Positions 59,194-64,000 of a stretch of 64,000 nt of DNA are shown one piece after another. Numbering within the stretch: position 1 is the first letter of the stretch; each line of letters starts with the position of its first letter. Source of the DNA: Lachnospiraceae bacterium (GTDB lineage: Bacteria; Bacillota; Clostridia; Lachnospirales; Lachnospiraceae). Location: assembly GCA_030526985.1 (NCBI GenBank), contig JAUNBT010000001.1:2838-66837 (forward strand), read 5' to 3'. A program made the translations under genes and the position numbers. Under the pieces are notes generated by a model, which was not told the DNA's origin, did no database searches, and saw only the letters and a list, made by a program, of their open reading frames with translations.

Positions 59194-59385
59194 TTTTTTA
59201 CCTCTTCCTTCTTAAACGTAAAGATAACTGTTCAAAGAATTTCTTTGAACAGTTACATTTAAAGTTTCTCAAACACATATTTAATCACTTTCAGGCAAAA
59301 AATGCAACACGTATTTTTTACAAAATATTACTTATAATCGCAAATTTTTTTAGACATTTTTTAACTTTCTGTCGATTTTTGGACT

Positions 59386-60396
59386 TTAACTTAATTTTCT
59401 TAAGGTGACAGCCCGGATAATACCGGCGAGAGCCGCATATAACACTCCAGCTACCGGCCAGATAATCCAGCTTATATGCCAATTATTATAGTAAAAACTA
59501 ATACCAAGATAAATTGCCGTCGCAAGACACCAGTATGCACCTGGGAAAAAACTGGTCTTTTTTCTAACGATTTTATTCTCCGGTGTAAATTCTTCCTCCT
59601 GCAAAAGTTTCTGATAAGCCTCATAAGGCCCACCTACACAGATAAAAATAAACACTCCCATGGCAACTAAAAGCAAAAGATCCACCACACATAATACCAT
59701 CACCAGCTCCGTTGCACCGAATGCACCTGTACCGATTAACGGTACTACAGATACAATACATAGCGCTGTTCCAATCGCTATGCCTTTATGAAATCCAGCT
59801 TCACAACCTTCTTTCTGTTCCTGAATGAAACTTCTGGTACTTCCATCCATTGTGATCCGTTCTTCTCCCAGATACTGATATTTTTTCAGATGTCCGTCTG
59901 TCAGTACCAGTATCACCACTCCAACTATGATAAAAAGGAAAAGTACAATCATCCCAATTCCTCCTGCCATGTTTTCTGTAACATACTGCGGTGTATATTC
60001 TGACATAGCACCAAGGAGCAACAGGCAGACCGGAGAGAGGATAAACAGTACAACAGCTAATGCTATCTTTTTTACATTTGCTTTCGTTACAGCTATGAAA
60101 TCTTCCGCTTCCTGACGAGACACATATCTTCCAGTTTCTTTTTCTTCCATATAGGTAGTTTCCAGATGAGCGGTGCCGTCTTTTTCCTGTTCTTCTTCAT
60201 TCTCTTCTTTTAAAAGATAATCCGTTGTGACCTGAAATATCTCACTTAATTTCAATATCTTATCCAAATCCGGAACCGATGCTTCTGATTCCCACTTGGA
60301 AACAGACTGTCTGGATATGCCAAGCTGTCCGGCCAAATCCTCTTGAGACCAGCCTTTTTGTTTTCTTAAAATCATGATTTTTTCTGCAAGCTTCAT
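59386..60396 (-). CDS. XRE-family HTH regulator fused to a multi-TM membrane domain
   Basis: N-terminus [30 protein letters not shown] (HTH_3), followed by 5-6 TM segments. Confidence 0.75.
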   Translation of the reverse strand: MKLAEKIMILRKQKGWSQEDLAGQLGISRQSVSKWESEASVPDLDKILKLSEIFQVTTDYLLKEENEEEQEKDGTAHLETTYMEEKETGRYVSRQEAEDFIAVTKANVKKIALAVVLFILSPVCLLLLGAMSEYTPQYVTENMAGGIGMIVLFLFIIVGVVILVLTDGHLKKYQYLGEERITMDGSTRSFIQEQKEGCEAGFHKGIAIGTALCIVSVVPLIGTGAFGATELVMVLCVVDLLLLVAMGVFIFICVGGPYEAYQKLLQEEEFTPENKIVRKKTSFFPGAYWCLATAIYLGISFYYNNWHISWIIWPVAGVLYAALAGIIRAVTLRKLS

Positions 60397-60533
60397 GGTA
60401 TTCCTCCTCTTTTTTTATAAGTCTGATTTTTTTTCATTCTCTCCCTTTCGATAGGTCTATCATACCAGAAAATGCAGTTGACAACCACCAATTGCACTTG
60501 AAAATGTGTCAACTGGCAGTTGCTTTTTGATTC

Positions 60534-62402
60534 TTATTCAAAATTTCTGTCATACAACAATGCCGCAATCAATACAACCAGACAGGATCCGGCATTGTGG
60601 ACTAAGGCCCCTGTTGTAGGAGTCAATACACTGAAAAGAGAAAGGGTAATCGCCACTGCATTGATACATAAAGATAAGGTAATACTTAATTTAATTGTCC
60701 GCACTGTTCCATTAGCCAGACGTTTCAGATAAGGAATCTTGGAAATATCATCGCCCATCAAAGCAATATCTGCCGCCTCCACTGCAATATCACTTCCCAT
60801 TGTTCCCATGGCCACACCGACACTGGCGGTTTTTAAAGCGGGAGCATCATTAACTCCATCACCAATCATGCACACATTGTGTCCCTGTTTTTGAAGCTTA
60901 TCAATATTTTCCACTTTTTCCCCTGGCAAAAGCTCTGCCTGAATGTTGGTGATTCCTGCCTGGACCGCAAAATAATCTGCTGTCTTACGGTTATCCCCTG
61001 TAAGAAGCACGGTTTTTGTTCCCATGTTATGAAGAGCCGCTGTCATCTCCTTTGCTTCAGGGCGGATTACATCAGAAAGCGCAGTAATACCAATGCATTT
61101 TCCATCGCAGGCAGTAAGAATACTGGCTTTTCCCTGTTCCCGGAATAAATCCAACTGGGCTTTTCTCTTTTCGGAAATCTCAATCCCTTTTTCCATTAAA
61201 TATTTTTCACTTCCACATAAAATCCTGCTGCCGGATATTTGTGCATATATTCCTTTACCGGCCTCCATCTGGAATTGTTCTGGCTCTGTAAATTCTGCCT
61301 CTTTTTCTCTTCCATAGGCTGTGATCGCCTTCCCTAAAGGGTGTTCGCTCTTAGACTCAGCGGAGGCAGTCAGGGAAAGAAGTTTTTCATCTTCATAATC
61401 CTTGGAAAAAGAAACCACATCACTCACCTGCAACTCGCCATAGGTAAGCGTTCCTGTCTTATCAAAGGCTATGGTATCCACTTTCCCCATTTTTTCCAAG
61501 GCTTCCCCTGATTTTATAATCACACCATGCTTTGTCGCCTGACCAATTGCCGCCATAATCGCAGTAGGCGTAGCAAGCACAAGGGCACAGGGACAAAACA
61601 CGACAAGAATGGTAACAGCTGTGACAATATTTCCTGTACCAATATAGGCAAAGATGGCAATTAGAAGTGCTACCGGTACCAGATAGCTTGCCCATTTATC
61701 GGCGATTCGCTGCATTGGAGCCTGTTTTTGCTCCGCTTCCTCCACCATGCGGATTAATTTCTTAAGGGAACTGTCCTCTCCTACCCGGGACGCCCGGACA
61801 TCCACCGCGCCAAACCGATTGAGGGTTCCACAAAATACTTCATCCCCTACTTCCTTATCCACAGGAAGTGACTCCCCCGTCATAATAGACTGATCCACGG
61901 AAGTCTCTCCCTTTAAAATCACTCCATCTACCGGAACAGTTTCACCGGGAAGAATCCGGAGTACATCCCCAGGACAAATCTCTTCTGCCGGAATCATCTC
62001 CTCTTTTCCATCCCGAATCCGCCGCCCCTGCTGCGGTGCCAGACTAATTAGTTTCTTTAATCCCTTCTTTGCCCGTTCTGTCGTTTTTTCCTCCAAAATT
62101 GCTCCAACTGCCATAATGAATGCCACTTCCCCCGCTGCAAACAAATCTCCAATCATGAGTGCTGCAAACATGGCGATAGAAATCAAAAGTGCTGACGAAA
62201 TCTTACTGATACCCGGATTATAGATAATTCTCCAAACCGCCAGATAGACCATTGGAATTCCACAGATGATTACTGCAATCCACGCCGGATTTACCGATAC
62301 TACCCTGTCTGTAAAAGAAAGCCAGAGACTTACCACCAGCGAAATCCCTCCCACCACTGTCATCGGAATTCCTGCCAAAAAATCATTTAACCTTTTTATC
62401 AT
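60534..62402 (-). CDS. Heavy-metal translocating P-type ATPase (P1B type, no N-terminal metal-binding domain)
   Basis: CPC motif in VVFCPCALVLATP, DKTGTLT phosphorylation site, TGDN and GDGVNDAPAL. The ATG at 62402 follows AAGGAGG. Confidence 0.85.
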   Translation of the reverse strand: MIKRLNDFLAGIPMTVVGGISLVVSLWLSFTDRVVSVNPAWIAVIICGIPMVYLAVWRIIYNPGISKISSALLISIAMFAALMIGDLFAAGEVAFIMAVGAILEEKTTERAKKGLKKLISLAPQQGRRIRDGKEEMIPAEEICPGDVLRILPGETVPVDGVILKGETSVDQSIMTGESLPVDKEVGDEVFCGTLNRFGAVDVRASRVGEDSSLKKLIRMVEEAEQKQAPMQRIADKWASYLVPVALLIAIFAYIGTGNIVTAVTILVVFCPCALVLATPTAIMAAIGQATKHGVIIKSGEALEKMGKVDTIAFDKTGTLTYGELQVSDVVSFSKDYEDEKLLSLTASAESKSEHPLGKAITAYGREKEAEFTEPEQFQMEAGKGIYAQISGSRILCGSEKYLMEKGIEISEKRKAQLDLFREQGKASILTACDGKCIGITALSDVIRPEAKEMTAALHNMGTKTVLLTGDNRKTADYFAVQAGITNIQAELLPGEKVENIDKLQKQGHNVCMIGDGVNDAPALKTASVGVAMGTMGSDIAVEAADIALMGDDISKIPYLKRLANGTVRTIKLSITLSLCINAVAITLSLFSVLTPTTGALVHNAGSCLVVLIAALLYDRNFE

Positions 62403-62578
62403 AAAAATATCCTCCTTAAAAATGTTGCTTTTCCAGATCAAGTTCCGTATAATAAATTCTATACTGAACACTTTGTTCTGTATTTATTATATCGATTGAA
62501 AAATCACGATACAATGGGCAATCCATGTAAAATGTTCCTTAGCGAACAAATCTTTCATTTTATTAGGAGGAATTTCTT

Positions 62579-63187
62579 ATGGACAGACGACAGAAAAAAA
62601 CAAGAGAAGCTATTCTACAGGCATTTGCCCGGCTTCTCCCACAAAAAAGTTATCATAAAATTACCGTTCAGGATATTATCGACGCCGCAGATGTGGGGCG
62701 GACCACTTTCTACGCTCATTTTGAAACAAAAGATGATTTGTTAAAAGAACTATGTCAGGAATTATTTGCCCATATTATTGATACGGCGATGGACTGTACT
62801 CACACTCACGGATTGTATTCCGATACCGATGCGCCCAACTCCGTCTTTCTCCATCTCCTGTTACACTTACAGGAAAATGACAGAAACATTTTGGGACTTC
62901 TCTCCTGCGAGAGCAGTGAAATCTTTCTCCGTTACTTTAAAGATAGCTTACAAGAGCTAATCCGGGTTCAACTGATCAGCCGAAGAAAAGAACAGATCCT
63001 GAATGAAACTTCCGTCGTTGAAAAAATTGCTTTACAGAAACAAACGCCTGTCCCAGAAGACTTCCTCATCAATCATATCTCTGGCAGTTTTGTGGAAATG
63101 GTCCTCTGGTGGCTCAAGGGTGGCCAAAAGCAGACACCAGAAGAATTAGACCACTATTTTGAGGCAGTCATCAGTGGAATTTTATAA
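62579..63187 (+). CDS. TetR/AcrR family transcriptional regulator
   Basis: N-terminus KKTREAILQAFARLLPQKSYHKITVQDIIDAADVGRTTFYAHF is the TetR HTH. Confidence 0.85.
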   Translation: MDRRQKKTREAILQAFARLLPQKSYHKITVQDIIDAADVGRTTFYAHFETKDDLLKELCQELFAHIIDTAMDCTHTHGLYSDTDAPNSVFLHLLLHLQENDRNILGLLSCESSEIFLRYFKDSLQELIRVQLISRRKEQILNETSVVEKIALQKQTPVPEDFLINHISGSFVEMVLWWLKGGQKQTPEELDHYFEAVISGIL

Positions 63188-63712
63188 AAAAGTTTTGGTA
63201 AGCCTTTCCAAGAGAAATGCAAAAGCCCCGTCAATATCCTCCTGATTGGGATGTTTTCTTGATTCTAAATGTCGTTCATATGCCTCATCATTTAAATAGT
63301 GGGGATTTTCAGGCGAAAGACTTCTTCTGTGGGCGGTACTTTGCTCATCAATCTTTCCCTGACTTAAGAAAATTCCCTCACAGTAGTTTTCCTTTTCAAT
63401 ATCTGTGCGGACATTTTTTCTCACCCGATTGCCATACTCGCTGTCCGGGTAACCGCCCATTGTACCAATTGCAATCACCCGTTTCCCCTTCCATTTTTCC
63501 AGAAACACTTTGCTCTCTGGGTTCAGGGTGCTTCTCCGACACCAGAAAAAAATCAAAATCAGCTCATTTTCCATATTATCGGGTTGAAAGTTCTCATTTT
63601 CATGGAGATTTAGGCAAATCCCCTGTTCTTTCAGCTTATTTTTAACACCTTCTGCCAGCTTTTTTGTATTTCCAGTCACTGTAGACAGATAGGCATCGAT
63701 TGTATATTCCAT
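63182..63712 (-). CDS. Flavodoxin-like fold protein
   Basis: 176 aa. N-terminus ...AYLSTVTGNTKKLAEG is a flavodoxin-type FMN-phosphate loop (T/S-x-T-G-x-T). Confidence 0.6.
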   Translation of the reverse strand: MEYTIDAYLSTVTGNTKKLAEGVKNKLKEQGICLNLHENENFQPDNMENELILIFFWCRRSTLNPESKVFLEKWKGKRVIAIGTMGGYPDSEYGNRVRKNVRTDIEKENYCEGIFLSQGKIDEQSTAHRRSLSPENPHYLNDEAYERHLESRKHPNQEDIDGAFAFLLERLTKTFL

Positions 63713-63753
63713 ATGTAGTTTCCTCCTTTTTCTTCTTCAAAAGACAGGTCTTT

Positions 63754-63971
63754 TTCATCGATTGGGCAATAAGAACCCTAGACTTCAAAATTTATCCATT
63801 ATTGTTGTTAAAATACTTAATTTGTCGCTGAAAACGTCGTTTTTGGCATTCATTTTTCTAAGGGGAGATAAAAATGCTTGCTTTTGCCCATACGAAATTC
63901 TCAACCTTATTCATTGTCGCCTATACTCTTTACTTCAAAATCCTGGGGGTCAGCCGAAGGCAGAATTGTTA
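63754..63971 (-). repeat. Copy B of the ~215-bp repeat (inverted partner of 34833-35049)
   Basis: The reverse complement aligns with copy A across its whole length. Homology may continue past the window end. Confidence 0.8.
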
Positions 63972-64000
63972 CATATATCCTTGTATCCTTGCATCTTATC

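Noticed and set aside
63873-63999. Possible plus-strand CDS starting at ATG 63873 (MLAFAHTKFSTLFIVAYTLYFKILGVSRRQ...) behind an AAGGGGAG RBS
   Set aside because: Only about 42 codons are visible. The sequence lies inside the repeat, whose other copy is clearly non-coding (ATG is replaced by AAG and an early stop follows). No family was recognised. It is kept only as a note under the repeat finding.
1-64000. Looked for CRISPR arrays, rRNA genes, IS transposases and toxin-antitoxin pairs
   Set aside because: No regularly spaced direct repeats were found. There are no rRNA-like segments and no DDE or IS200-type transposase ORFs. The only recombinase is the serine recombinase at 10896-13019.

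Overview
Low-GC, Clostridia-like chromosomal segment from a spore-former (spoIIR, gerA-type germination genes and a cotS-like gene are present). About 57 genes, almost all on the minus strand. Housekeeping blocks: tail of a microcompartment operon (eutS/eutP-like), galE, MATE efflux, recD2, mreB, DUF1934-murI-ddl, spoIIR plus a ger operon, ispE, a phosphoglucomutase, thiS-F-G-H-E, thrE-like exporter genes, trkA-N genes with a KdpDE-like two-component system, cstA, a P-type metal ATPase and several regulators. Main non-routine contents: (1) A complete bacterial pyrrolysine cassette at about 50.5-57.2 kb. On the minus strand it reads mtmC, mtmB (two ORF-track pieces joined by one in-frame TAG at 55901-55903), a tRNA with a CUA anticodon and tRNA-Pyl architecture (54934-55002, found by hand), pylB, pylC, pylD, pylSn and pylSc. 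A tightly coupled hydantoinase-family ATPase and corrinoid-related genes follow. (2) A 5104-bp element (10919-16022) carrying a large serine recombinase splits an ABC permease gene. Both halves of the permease and the reconstructed attachment sites are readable. (3) The thi operon has no canonical TPP aptamer. It has a short terminator-embedded hairpin resembling the thiS-motif (HMP-PP) riboswitch class. Upstream lie a consensus promoter, two further terminators and a GC-rich structured element of unknown identity. (4) Two roughly 215-bp inverted repeat copies bracket the 28.7-kb segment that holds the Pyl island. No rRNA or CRISPR array was seen. All calls come from by-eye motif recognition and manual translation. 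No searches were run.
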